Shown here in pieces: positions 10,506-19,713 of a stretch of 64,000 nucleotides of DNA. The notes beneath the pieces are model-generated. The model did not search any database, was not told the DNA's origin, and saw only the letters and a list, made by a program, of their open reading frames with translations. The stretch's first letter is position 1. Every line of letters begins with the position of its first letter. This stretch comes from Saccharolobus solfataricus P2. GTDB taxonomy: Archaea; Thermoproteota; Thermoprotei_A; Sulfolobales; Sulfolobaceae. The translations under genes and the position numbers were made by a program. The stretch lies in NCBI RefSeq assembly GCF_000007005.1, contig NC_002754.1. The stretch is one strand, 5' to 3'.

Positions 10506-11807
10506 CTATTTTATTTTAGATTTCCTACATACCTCGTAAAGTCTCTTTGCGAGATTTACCCTTATTCTCCAATCTACTATAGGTTTAGGGTAGCTCTTCA
10601 GAGTATATTTGTATGCATTATGTATGATCTCTGCGTCATAGCTTTCCAATTCATCTACCCACCTTTTTATATACTTTGCCTCCGGATCATATGTAACCTG
10701 TTGTTTCCAAGGGTCAAATACTCTAAATATATAATCAGTACCTACAGAGGCTATCCATTGCCAGTTTCCATTGTTAACCGAAGGATCATAATCAATTAAT
10801 TTACTTGCAAAGTATTTCTCACCTATCCTCCAATCAATTATAAGAACCTTAACTAGGAAAAATGCGGTTAACATTCTAACTCTGTTCGGCATATCACCAG
10901 TCCGGTTCAATTGTCTCATTCCAGCATCTATTATTGGATATCCAGTTTTTCCCTCAAGCCAAGCTTGAAATAGCCTTTCATTGTTCTCCCACTCAATGCA
11001 ATTATATTCCCTTTTTAACGGTTCATGAAATACTCTCTCATTATAGTAAGCCAATAAAGTATAGAAATCCCTCCAGTATAACTGCCTAATTATAGCTTGA
11101 CTGTCTAATAGAGAATAATAAACCTCTCTAATTGACAAGGTTCCAAATTTCAGATGGGGTGAAAGAAAAGTTCTATTATCCTCTGCTACGAAATCTTTCC
11201 TATCGTAATTAATTTGCCTTGCTCTCTCTATTAATTTAATGCCCTCTTTTCTTCCTCCTCGTTCTCCTTGTCTAGGTGGTAATTCATGCTCGTCACCTAA
11301 AGAATTTTTATAGTAATTTGTATAATTATTTTGAACTGGTTTCTTTATTTGTTTATTTTTTACTACATTATAAAATGTTGTGAAGTTCCTATAGTTTTTA
11401 AAATCGTTCTTTGATGTGAGTAAGTAATCCTCAAAAGATTTCATAATTTTTCCGGTATCTTCACAGTACTTGCGAATTCTTTCGTCCCTCATTTTACTAA
11501 ATGGAGTATAATCCTCATTTAGATAAACTGCATCAACATCTTTAAGTAAGTTCTTTATTACCTCCTCAGCTAGTCCGAAGTAGACATAAAGTCTGGATCC
11601 TCTTTTTCTTAACTCGTCATTTAGCTCATTCAATGAATTAATCATGAAGTTTATGGCAAACTCTGATTTGTATTCGTTTTCATTACCGACTTGTCTAGGA
11701 TCTAATATAAACGCTGGAATAACTTTCTCGCAATCCTCTAAAGCTTTAATTAATCCAGTATTGTCGTCTAGTCTCAGATCTCTTCTAAATATAAATAGGC
11801 AGAGCAC
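10506..11807 (-). CDS. phrB: CPD photolyase
   Basis: Motifs FRRDLRLDDN, LSPHLKFG, RQLYWRDF, TGYPIIDAGMRQL and NNGNWQW. Confidence 0.95.
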   Translation of the reverse strand: MLCLFIFRRDLRLDDNTGLIKALEDCEKVIPAFILDPRQVGNENEYKSEFAINFMINSLNELNDELRKRGSRLYVYFGLAEEVIKNLLKDVDAVYLNEDYTPFSKMRDERIRKYCEDTGKIMKSFEDYLLTSKNDFKNYRNFTTFYNVVKNKQIKKPVQNNYTNYYKNSLGDEHELPPRQGERGGRKEGIKLIERARQINYDRKDFVAEDNRTFLSPHLKFGTLSIREVYYSLLDSQAIIRQLYWRDFYTLLAYYNERVFHEPLKREYNCIEWENNERLFQAWLEGKTGYPIIDAGMRQLNRTGDMPNRVRMLTAFFLVKVLIIDWRIGEKYFASKLIDYDPSVNNGNWQWIASVGTDYIFRVFDPWKQQVTYDPEAKYIKRWVDELESYDAEIIHNAYKYTLKSYPKPIVDWRIRVNLAKRLYEVCRKSKIK

Positions 11808-11887
11808 ATTTCTTTTCAGTTCTCGAGTTATTAGATTTATATTAAAAAGAGTTAGAATAAAAGGAAGCTTTTAACATTATATATTAT

Positions 11888-13726
11888 ATGACTAGATATT
11901 TGATCTTGGGAAACGGTTCATTGACAGTTCTATACGATAGTAATTTTACAATAAGGGAAATATACTGGCCATTAACTACTACAAATAATTTACATAGGGG
12001 CAGGTTTGGTGTTTTTGTTAATGGTAAGTTCTCATGGTTAGATAATTTAAATCCAAAGATTGGATATTTAGATGATACTTTAGCGGCATATTCATCTTTT
12101 TCCTTTGAGGGAGTGAATTTTTATTTAGAAGATGTAATAGATATGGCTTATGATATTTGGATAAGGAAAGTTTCAGTAAAAGACGTAAAGGATAGGGACG
12201 TTAGAGTTTTTACCGCTTTTGATTTTCATGTTGGGGGAACACCAGATGGTAATACTGCACTTTTTGACCCTTATTCTGAGTCTATGATACAATATAAAGG
12301 TTCTAGATGGTTTTTACTTTCATCTCCGATTCCCTTCTATCAGTACGCTACGGGAATTAAGGAATATAAGGGACTTTTAGGGACATGGAAAGATTGCGAA
12401 GATGGTGAACTTTCCGGTAATCCAATTGCTCAAGGTTCAGTTGATTTTGCTAGTAGTTTCAAATTGTATGGAGAAGATTTATATATATGGTTAGTAGCCG
12501 GTAAAAATTATAATGAAGCTAAGGGTTTAAGCGATTACGTGAGGAAGAGAACACCCGCGATTTTATTCAAGAGGGTTAAGGACTATTGGAGAGCGTGGTT
12601 AAGTAAAGTAAACGATTACGGTGAATACGATTCGATTTTAAGGAGAAGTTTACTGATTTTGCAATCCCATGTACAGAACAACGGTGCCATAGTAGCGTCA
12701 CTAGATACTGATATTATGAAGTTTAATAGGGACACATATAACTACGTGTGGCATAGAGATGCTGTATTCTGTATTTTAGCTCTTGAACTAATGGGGTATT
12801 TTGATAGATCTAGACAGTTCTTTGAATTCACTAGGAGGCTCTTCACAATAAACGGTGCGCTATTTCATAAATATACTGTTGATGGACATTTCGGTTCCAC
12901 ATGGCATCCCTGGACTTTGGACTATTTGCCTATTCAAGAAGATGAGACTGCATTAGTACTTTACGCCTTATGGTTTCATTTTTCAAAGTGGAAAGATGTT
13001 GATTTTATAAAGACTTACTATAGGCCCATGGTTAAGGGTATAGCTGATTTTCTAGTAAATTATAGAGAAAAGGCTACCGGTCTTCCACTTCCCTCATTCG
13101 ATCTATGGGAAGAGAGGATTGGTACTCACTTTTATACTACAATAACTGTAATCGCAGGATTAAGGGCTGCAGCGGATTTTGCAAGATATTTTGGAGAAGA
13201 CGAGCTAGCACAAAAATATGAAACTGTTGCAGATCAAATGCGTAATTCATTAGATTTATTCTGGGTTGGTGATCATTACGCTAGAACGATATATATGAAG
13301 GAAGGTCAAGTTCATAAGATCGATGAAACTGTTGACTCAAGTATATTGTTGGCACCAATATTTAATGTAATTCCGATGAGCGACTCCCGTTTTGTAAAGA
13401 ATTTAGAGACTGTTATAGAGAAGTTAAGTGTTAAAAGGGGATTAGTTAGGTATGAGGGTGATCAATATTTAAGAGGAGGTAATAATTCCAATATCTGGTT
13501 TATATCTACATTATGGTTATCTCAAGTTTATTCGTTAATGGGTGAGAAAGATAAGGCTAAGGAAAAGATAGATTGGGTCTTGTCGAAATCTTTACCAACT
13601 GGAGTTATACCAGAACAAATTGACGATAATGACAAATATCCATCAGTTTCTCCCTTAGCGTGGAGCCACGCAGAGTTAATAAGGGCAATATATGCATTAA
13701 GAAATGGCACATTAGATCCTAAATAA
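11888..13726 (+). CDS. glycoside hydrolase family 15 (glucoamylase/trehalase-like)
   Basis: Motifs YVWHRD, DLWEER and PEQ...SPLAWSHA. Confidence 0.9.
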   Translation: MTRYLILGNGSLTVLYDSNFTIREIYWPLTTTNNLHRGRFGVFVNGKFSWLDNLNPKIGYLDDTLAAYSSFSFEGVNFYLEDVIDMAYDIWIRKVSVKDVKDRDVRVFTAFDFHVGGTPDGNTALFDPYSESMIQYKGSRWFLLSSPIPFYQYATGIKEYKGLLGTWKDCEDGELSGNPIAQGSVDFASSFKLYGEDLYIWLVAGKNYNEAKGLSDYVRKRTPAILFKRVKDYWRAWLSKVNDYGEYDSILRRSLLILQSHVQNNGAIVASLDTDIMKFNRDTYNYVWHRDAVFCILALELMGYFDRSRQFFEFTRRLFTINGALFHKYTVDGHFGSTWHPWTLDYLPIQEDETALVLYALWFHFSKWKDVDFIKTYYRPMVKGIADFLVNYREKATGLPLPSFDLWEERIGTHFYTTITVIAGLRAAADFARYFGEDELAQKYETVADQMRNSLDLFWVGDHYARTIYMKEGQVHKIDETVDSSILLAPIFNVIPMSDSRFVKNLETVIEKLSVKRGLVRYEGDQYLRGGNNSNIWFISTLWLSQVYSLMGEKDKAKEKIDWVLSKSLPTGVIPEQIDDNDKYPSVSPLAWSHAELIRAIYALRNGTLDPK

Positions 13727-13816
13727 ATCGTAATTTTAACTATTATCTTTTATCATTATAAATTAAGTTTACAAGTTACCAAAAGATTTTTAAGAGTTTT
13801 ATGAAATCCTCTAACT

Positions 13817-14212
13817 ATGCAAGGTAAAACTGAAATAAACATGCCAGATGGTAGAGTAGCTGATATATTTAATGTAATAAAGTTCCTTTATGGACTCAGT
13901 GATAGGGATATAGAAATTTTAAAATTGTTACTTAAATCTCAAAACCCTCTCACCATGGAAGAAATTTCAAGTAAATTGAATATTACAAAATCTGTTGTGA
14001 ATAAATCTATACTGAATCTTGAGAAGAAGAATATAATAATTAAAGAAAAAATAGAAACTTCTAAAAAAGGGAGAAGGGCATATACGTATAAGGTGGATTC
14101 AAATTATTTAAACAAGAAATTACTTGTTGATCTAGACCAATTAATGAAAGATTTAAAGGTAAAGATAGCAAATGTTATAGGCGTAGAGATAGAAAAAACT
14201 GCTAATATTTAA
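13817..14212 (+). CDS. Lrs14/TrmB-like winged-helix DNA-binding protein
   Basis: YGLSDRDIEIL, an HTH (EEISSKLNITKSVVNKSILNL) and a GRRAYTY wing. Confidence 0.85.
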   Translation: MQGKTEINMPDGRVADIFNVIKFLYGLSDRDIEILKLLLKSQNPLTMEEISSKLNITKSVVNKSILNLEKKNIIIKEKIETSKKGRRAYTYKVDSNYLNKKLLVDLDQLMKDLKVKIANVIGVEIEKTANI

Positions 14213-14228
14213 AGAAAAAATCCTTTTA

Positions 14229-14516
14229 TTATTTAATGGATAGCACGCTATTAATTTTCTCCTTTAATTGATCCATATTCTTTCTCATATCATTAAATCT
14301 CCTTATATCTTCAAGTAGTTCCTCTCCCTTCTTAGTTAACATGTACTGTTTTCCTTCTTGTTTTATGATTTCTAAATCCATTAACATCTTTATATATCTC
14401 CCAGTTAGAGCATAGCTTAGATTGGCACCATACATTATTCTGGTCTTAGGAGATCCAGATTTACATGCCTCAAGTATTGCTTGTATAATTTCTAGCTTGC
14501 TTCTTTTCTTAGCCAT
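14229..14516 (-). CDS. Sso10a-family winged-helix/coiled-coil DNA-binding protein
   Basis: [31 protein letters not shown] matches Sso10a as I recall it, followed by a C-terminal coiled coil. Confidence 0.88.
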   Translation of the reverse strand: MAKKRSKLEIIQAILEACKSGSPKTRIMYGANLSYALTGRYIKMLMDLEIIKQEGKQYMLTKKGEELLEDIRRFNDMRKNMDQLKEKINSVLSIK

Positions 14517-14663
14517 GATAGACTTTCTATATATTGCAGTTTATAAACTTTTGCTTTACATCCAATGTATTACTAGTCTTTTTAGCTTTGAGTTGTCTCT
14601 ACTTTGTCATATTGTTGAAAAGTATTAATTTATTTAAGCTCTAATGATTAAGTTACTCTTATA

Positions 14664-15398
14664 ATGGAAAGAATTGACATAGCAAGCGTTAAAGGTGGTG
14701 TAGGGAAATCATTTATAGCTTATTTTCTGAGTAAAACACTTGCTGCAAGTCATAAAATATTACTGATAGATAAAGATTTAACATCTACACTTAGTAGGGT
14801 CTACAATATAAAAGGCAACTTACTATCTTATTTGACAGTGGGTCAATCCTCTTTAGCTTATTTCAAAGAAGTTGACAGTGGACTTACAGTAGTTAATGTA
14901 GGCTGCAGTAGAAAGATAAAAAATGTAGAACCTAAAAAAATTGCAGATATCTATAGTGGCTTTTCGGATCACGATTTGATGATAGTTGATAACCCATCAA
15001 TACCCTCAGATGTTTGTTTAGATACTGAGCTTCAAGCTTATTATACTTATTTGAATGAAAAGAGATTAGATTACAATTTGATCTTAATATTACCCCCAAA
15101 TCAGCTTTTGTTAGATGAAAGTCTGGCATTCATGCAACTATTTAAGGATTATATTAAGAATGAATTAAGTATATCTCTGGGAAATGATTTAGTAAATTTT
15201 GATGTAATATCCTCAGTAATAAACATGTATAATCCTAGGGAAAGAATAGATATTAGTAAGATTAAAGATTTAACTAGTAAAATAGTTAAAATTCCATTCA
15301 AGAAAGAAGCAATCTATACACCCTTTAATCAACTAAACACGCCAATGGAAATTAGTGAATTGGCAAAATATGTGCTAGAGTATCTAGAAAGTAGGTGA
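14664..15398 (+). CDS. divergent MinD/ParA-like P-loop protein
   Basis: Deviant Walker A KGGVGKS, followed by LLIDKD and MIVDNP. Confidence 0.75.
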   Translation: MERIDIASVKGGVGKSFIAYFLSKTLAASHKILLIDKDLTSTLSRVYNIKGNLLSYLTVGQSSLAYFKEVDSGLTVVNVGCSRKIKNVEPKKIADIYSGFSDHDLMIVDNPSIPSDVCLDTELQAYYTYLNEKRLDYNLILILPPNQLLLDESLAFMQLFKDYIKNELSISLGNDLVNFDVISSVINMYNPRERIDISKIKDLTSKIVKIPFKKEAIYTPFNQLNTPMEISELAKYVLEYLESR

Positions 15399-15524
15399 GA
15401 TATAACTATTCTTACTATTAGTTTATAAAGTTAATACCATTCTATAAATACTTTAATGTTTCAAACGATATAATGAAAGAAAGAATTATATACAAGAATT
15501 TCTGATCATAAAAATAGTGGTTAA

Positions 15525-15719
15525 ATGGTAAGTGCGAAAAGTATTTTAGCGGGAATCCTACTTCTAATACCATTTATCGTATATTTTGCAATACCAACAT
15601 ATAATAAAGTAGAGCCAGACTTAGGGAGTTTGCCGTTCTTCTATTGGTATCAAACAGCGTGGTTGGCAATATCAACAATACTTTTCTCAATAGCTGCGCT
15701 CCTTCTTGCCAGAAGGTGA
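15525..15719 (+). CDS. small two-TM partner of an SSS permease (DUF3311-like)
   Basis: YNKVEP.LG.LPFFYWYQ motif; 5 nt upstream of the permease. Confidence 0.85.
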   Translation: MVSAKSILAGILLLIPFIVYFAIPTYNKVEPDLGSLPFFYWYQTAWLAISTILFSIAALLLARR

Positions 15720-15724
15720 TATAA

Positions 15725-17242
15725 ATGTTAGGGCTAGCTGGAATAATCGTCTTTATAGCACTTTTCATAGTATTCATATTCCTTGGATTTTATGGGGCTT
15801 TTTGGAGAAAAGGAAATTTGGATTTGCTTCATGAATGGGGATTAGCAGGGAGAAGGTTAGGTACTGTTCTAGTATGGTTCTTAATGGGTGCAGATTTATA
15901 CACAGCATATACATTTATTGCAGTACCATCAAGCCTTTACGCAAAAGGTGCAATATATTTCTTCGCAGTACCATATGTTTCTTTAACCTTTGCCATAGCG
16001 ATGTTAACAATGCCTAAACTATGGATTGTTTCGAGAAATAGAGGTTATGTGACGGCAGCTGATTTCGTGAAAGATAGATTCAACAGTAGCATTTTAGCTG
16101 CTTTAATAGCGTTAACTGGTGTTGTCGCTGAATTACCTTATATAGCATTACAAATAGTAGGTATGAAGTCGGTCCTACAGATGATGTTATTAGGAATAGG
16201 TAACGCGACCTTAGTGTCTGAAATTTCCCTAATAGTTTCCTTCATAATTTTAGCGGCATTTACGTACACTTCCGGCCTTAGGGGTGCTGCGTTAACTGGA
16301 GTTTTTAAAGATATTTTGATCTGGATCACGGTTATATCGGTAATCGTAATCGTACCACTACAATATGGGGGTTTCACTCACGCCTTTAGTGTTATAAACT
16401 CAGCAAACCTTTCAGCAAGATATACTACACTACCAAGTAACTTACAAATAGCATATTGGAGTTTATTCTTAGGTAGTGCACTAGCCCTATACCTTTATCC
16501 ACATTCAATAAACGGTTCATTAAGCGCTGATGATAAGAATAGATTAATGTATAGTACAGCATTGTTGCCAATTTATGGTATTGGTCTAGCAATAATAGCA
16601 TTATTTGGTATTTTAGTTTATGCGGTACCAAACGCATTGAGTGTTGTATCTAAATATGGGGGTGCCCTTGTAGTTCCTGCATTAATAACATCAACCATGC
16701 CAGATTGGGCTGCTGGTATAATGCTACTAGGTATATTTGTTGGTGGCTTAGTCCCAGCTGCAATTATGGCAATAGCGGCATCCAATTTACTAGTTAGAAA
16801 TGTGATAAAAGAGGTAAATCCAAGCATTACACCCAAAGGGGAGACAACACTAGCTAAGTGGATATCAGCTGTTATAAAGTTCTTAGCTTTAGCCTTCGTC
16901 TTCCTAGTCCCATCTACATATGCCATCAACCTCCAATTGCTAGGAGGAATACTTATAACACAGACATTACCGGCAGTGTTCTTAGGTTTATACACTAAAT
17001 GGTTTAATCCATGGGCATTAACTGCGGGATGGACTACTGGAATTATAAGCGGGACCTATATGTTCTTCACATTTGGACTACCTCGTGCCACGTCTCTATA
17101 TCCTACGCTTTTCGGTTTAATGTATGCTGCAGTAATAGCGTTAGTACTGAACCTGGTAGTTTCAGTCATAGGTACGCTTGTAGCTAATGCCCTAGGGTTC
17201 AAGACTAAAAGCAATATATCTGCAGAGGATCTAAAAGGATGA
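15725..17242 (+). CDS. sodium:solute symporter family permease (monocarboxylate-type)
   Basis: Motifs [20 protein letters not shown] and [10 protein letters not shown]; about 13 TM segments. Confidence 0.9.
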   Translation: MLGLAGIIVFIALFIVFIFLGFYGAFWRKGNLDLLHEWGLAGRRLGTVLVWFLMGADLYTAYTFIAVPSSLYAKGAIYFFAVPYVSLTFAIAMLTMPKLWIVSRNRGYVTAADFVKDRFNSSILAALIALTGVVAELPYIALQIVGMKSVLQMMLLGIGNATLVSEISLIVSFIILAAFTYTSGLRGAALTGVFKDILIWITVISVIVIVPLQYGGFTHAFSVINSANLSARYTTLPSNLQIAYWSLFLGSALALYLYPHSINGSLSADDKNRLMYSTALLPIYGIGLAIIALFGILVYAVPNALSVVSKYGGALVVPALITSTMPDWAAGIMLLGIFVGGLVPAAIMAIAASNLLVRNVIKEVNPSITPKGETTLAKWISAVIKFLALAFVFLVPSTYAINLQLLGGILITQTLPAVFLGLYTKWFNPWALTAGWTTGIISGTYMFFTFGLPRATSLYPTLFGLMYAAVIALVLNLVVSVIGTLVANALGFKTKSNISAEDLKG

Positions 17243-17305
17243 AAGTTAAACTCAAACCTTTTTTATTTTAAAATCTTATTTACCTACTAGTAGTATATTC
17301 TAATT

Positions 17306-18049
17306 ATGATATACGAGAAAGTAGCTGAAGAACTTATTTCCTCTTCTTACACCATAGCCTTTACCGGAGCCGGTATCAGTACAGCTTCTGGTATTCCCGA
17401 TTTCAGAGGTCCTCAAGGATTATGGAAGAAGTATTCACCAGAGTTAGCTAGTATAGAATATTTTGAAAAAGATCCTAAAAATTTTTGGGGATTCTACTCA
17501 TTAAGAATGAGGGGATTATTCGAAGCCCAACCTAATAAGGCACACTACTCTTTGGCTGAGTTAGAAAAGATGGGCATAATAAAGGTAATAATAACACAAA
17601 ATATTGACGGTCTACATCAGAAGGCTGGTTCTAAGAACGTTATTGAGCTTCACGGAACTATGAGGAGGTCATATTGCGTTTTATGCTTAAGGACTTATGA
17701 TTCGCTAAACGTCCTAAGTATGATAGAAAAGGGTAATCTTCCACCTAGGTGTGATTGTGGTGGGATAATAAGGCCAGATGTTGTGCTTTTTGGGGAACCA
17801 GTTAAGAACATTTATGAGGCACTAAGTATTGCCTATGAATCTGATCTCGTAATTTCAATTGGTTCTTCATTAACTGTATATCCAGCCAATTTAATTCCAC
17901 AGACCGTAAAAGAAAGAGGTGGTAAGCTAATAATTTTAAATATGGAGGAGACCCCGTTGGATAGTATTGCGGATTACGTTGTAAGGGAACCAGTGGAAAT
18001 TTCATTGCCCAAGATACTTGAGAACGTGAGACAGAAAATACTTTCGTGA
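17306..18049 (+). CDS. sir2: Sir2 NAD-dependent protein deacetylase
   Basis: Motifs GAGISTASGIPDFRG, TQNIDGLH and ELHG, Zn ligands CVLC/CDC, and RPDVVLFGE. Confidence 0.96.
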   Translation: MIYEKVAEELISSSYTIAFTGAGISTASGIPDFRGPQGLWKKYSPELASIEYFEKDPKNFWGFYSLRMRGLFEAQPNKAHYSLAELEKMGIIKVIITQNIDGLHQKAGSKNVIELHGTMRRSYCVLCLRTYDSLNVLSMIEKGNLPPRCDCGGIIRPDVVLFGEPVKNIYEALSIAYESDLVISIGSSLTVYPANLIPQTVKERGGKLIILNMEETPLDSIADYVVREPVEISLPKILENVRQKILS

Positions 18050-18083
18050 ATCTCAGTAGTGTTTTTTAAGTAAAATTTCTGAT

Positions 18084-18284
18084 ATGATTGAAGAGGAAGA
18101 GGAATTAAAATTAATAAAACAAATATTTTTAATAATTAATGAGAATGTGCCAGATGACTGTAGAGATTTGGTAATTAACAGATTAATGAATAGACTAATG
18201 GATGATATTAAGGAACTAGGTGTTAAGGAGACAATAAAAAAATGGTTAGGTGAGGAAGATGAGGAACTTATCATAGTTGATTAA
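18084..18284 (+). CDS. small acidic hypothetical protein
   Basis: 66-aa ORF filling the gap after sir2, with helical, protein-like composition. Confidence 0.6.
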   Translation: MIEEEEELKLIKQIFLIINENVPDDCRDLVINRLMNRLMDDIKELGVKETIKKWLGEEDEELIIVD

Positions 18285-18339
18285 ATCAGTCGCGGATTTG
18301 ATCTTCACCTTTCAGAGCTTAGCCCGTTCTTCATCTTTA
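18282..18339 (-). ncRNA. C/D-box methylation guide sRNA overlapping the 3' end of the nucleotidyltransferase gene
   Basis: The minus strand reads ATGAAGA-ACGGGCTAAGCT-CTGA-AAG-GTGAAGA-TCAAATCCGCGA-CTGA with a TAAA/TTTA terminal stem and two 12-nt guides. Confidence 0.8.
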
Positions 18340-19018
18340 TTAAATCTTCAGAGACCTCCTCTATATCTTTTATTGTATCTATTGATCTCCAGTAGACATC
18401 ATAATACTTTATGCCAATCAATAACGATTCCTTTGCAAGTTTAGGAAAAGTGAGTTTTTCCATGTCTCCCTTTTCTGGTAAGTATTTGAATATTTCCTTT
18501 CTCATTAGATAAACTCCCGCATTTATCCAGTAGTTTTCTAAGATTGGCTTCTCCTTAAAATCTATAATCTTGTCATCCTTAGTTTCGACTATTCCGTATG
18601 GGCTCTTCAAGGGAACTAGTGACATTGTCATTACGTTTTCATTAGATATTTTTAACTTACTTATATCTAGGTTAGTTATTATATCACCGTTGAGAACTAT
18701 AAACGTGTTTTCCGTACTTAATAATCTCTCGACCTTCCTGAGTGCTCCTCCAGTACCTAAAGGTTCCTCTTCTATAGAAAAATACGTTGAAATTCCCAAT
18801 CTCTTTTCGTTTTCACTTAACCACTTTATGAGAACCTCCCATTTATAGCCTGTTAATATTACAAAGGATGTAATACCGAATTGTTTAAGCCAAGAGATCT
18901 GCCATTCAATAATTGGTCTCCCAGCCACTTCAATCAAAGGCTTAGGCCTATCATCTGTAAGTGGTCTTAATCTCTTACCATACCCACCCGCTAAAATAAC
19001 CGCGTGCATAACATACAT
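18305..19018 (-). CDS. sugar-phosphate nucleotidyltransferase (NTP_transferase family)
   Basis: Motifs [27 protein letters not shown] and INAGVY. Confidence 0.92.
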   Translation of the reverse strand: MYVMHAVILAGGYGKRLRPLTDDRPKPLIEVAGRPIIEWQISWLKQFGITSFVILTGYKWEVLIKWLSENEKRLGISTYFSIEEEPLGTGGALRKVERLLSTENTFIVLNGDIITNLDISKLKISNENVMTMSLVPLKSPYGIVETKDDKIIDFKEKPILENYWINAGVYLMRKEIFKYLPEKGDMEKLTFPKLAKESLLIGIKYYDVYWRSIDTIKDIEEVSEDLIKMKNGLSSER

Positions 19019-19188
19019 ATTATTTCCAATTTAATAAACATTTTCCAATACTAGCCTAAAAGTCTCATAGCGTAGAGGACTATTTTGAAAGTTCTTTCCT
19101 TCGAATTCTTCAGCTCTAGACTCCAACTCTTTTACGTAACCACTGGTTATTTTTAATTACTTCTAAATATCGTTTTGATTAAATAATG

Positions 19189-19196
19189 TTTATATA
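19189..19196 (+). promoter_or_regulatory. TATA box of element copy 1
   Basis: TTTATATA within ATGTTTATATA, conserved at the equivalent position in copy 2 (46189-46196) and ~25-30 nt before the structured region. Confidence 0.7.
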
Positions 19197-19221
19197 GTAT
19201 TACAATGTATTTTCTATTGGT

Positions 19222-19418
19222 GATCTCCCAACTGATGACGGGCACTGCTCACGAGGTTTGGGGAGTGATAAAAGTGTGGATGGGAGGGTAGTGGTGTTTC
19301 CCTCGACCAGCCCCAATGATTTAAGGGTGACTGCGTATGATCCCTTAGGAGGGGTGCCCCATGGCGGAATTAGAAGTAATTAAAAGTAAGGAAAAGTTAC
19401 GCCACGAGTAAACACTCT
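19222..19418 (+). ncRNA. structured multi-K-turn RNA, copy 1 (omegaRNA-like candidate)
   Basis: K-turn-like motif 19224-19265, GAGGG/CCCTC stem, K-turn plus K-loop hairpin 19311-19354, 3' hairpin, and GGTGTTT/AAACACT long-range pairing. Compensatory changes are seen against copy 2. Confidence 0.75.
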
Positions 19419-19713
19419 TATATAGTAAAGAGGACCAATATACATTTCAAACAATTATAGGTATTATTTGTTTTTACGTAGCCTAAAACTACCCAACCCT
19501 CATGGAAAACATTATCAAAATCCAACCCTCATAAAGTTAAAAAGTTAAGGCCTTTGAATAATTCTTTCCAGATAAAATTTAGTAAATAGTAACTTATATT
19601 TAAGAACTTATTTAACAAGATTAAATAGGTACAAGAAAAGCTAATATCTTAATAAAATGTGTTAAAGTACATTATGGAAAAGTTTTAAAAAGAGAGAGTA
19701 CGGACATTATCTT

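Larger units (their letters stand above)
19118..19418 (+). mobile_element. ~300-bp non-autonomous element, copy 1 (IS607- or IS200/IS605-derived, inferred)
   Basis: Colinear with 46117-46416: left ends align ungapped at 36/53 nt and the 3' 141 nt are ~89% identical by hand alignment. An imperfect inverted repeat pairs 19135-19166 with 19370-19401. The flanks are unrelated between copies. Confidence 0.75.

Noticed and set aside
19232-19262. CTGATGA as a hammerhead ribozyme core
   Set aside because: There is no GAAA following stem II and no matching cleavage triplet arrangement. A K-turn explains the motif better.
19311-19418. H/ACA pseudouridylation guide (K-loop hairpin and a 3' ACA)
   Set aside because: The ACA does not follow the K-loop hairpin directly and there is no two-sided pocket. 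It also does not explain the inverted element ends. Not fully excluded.
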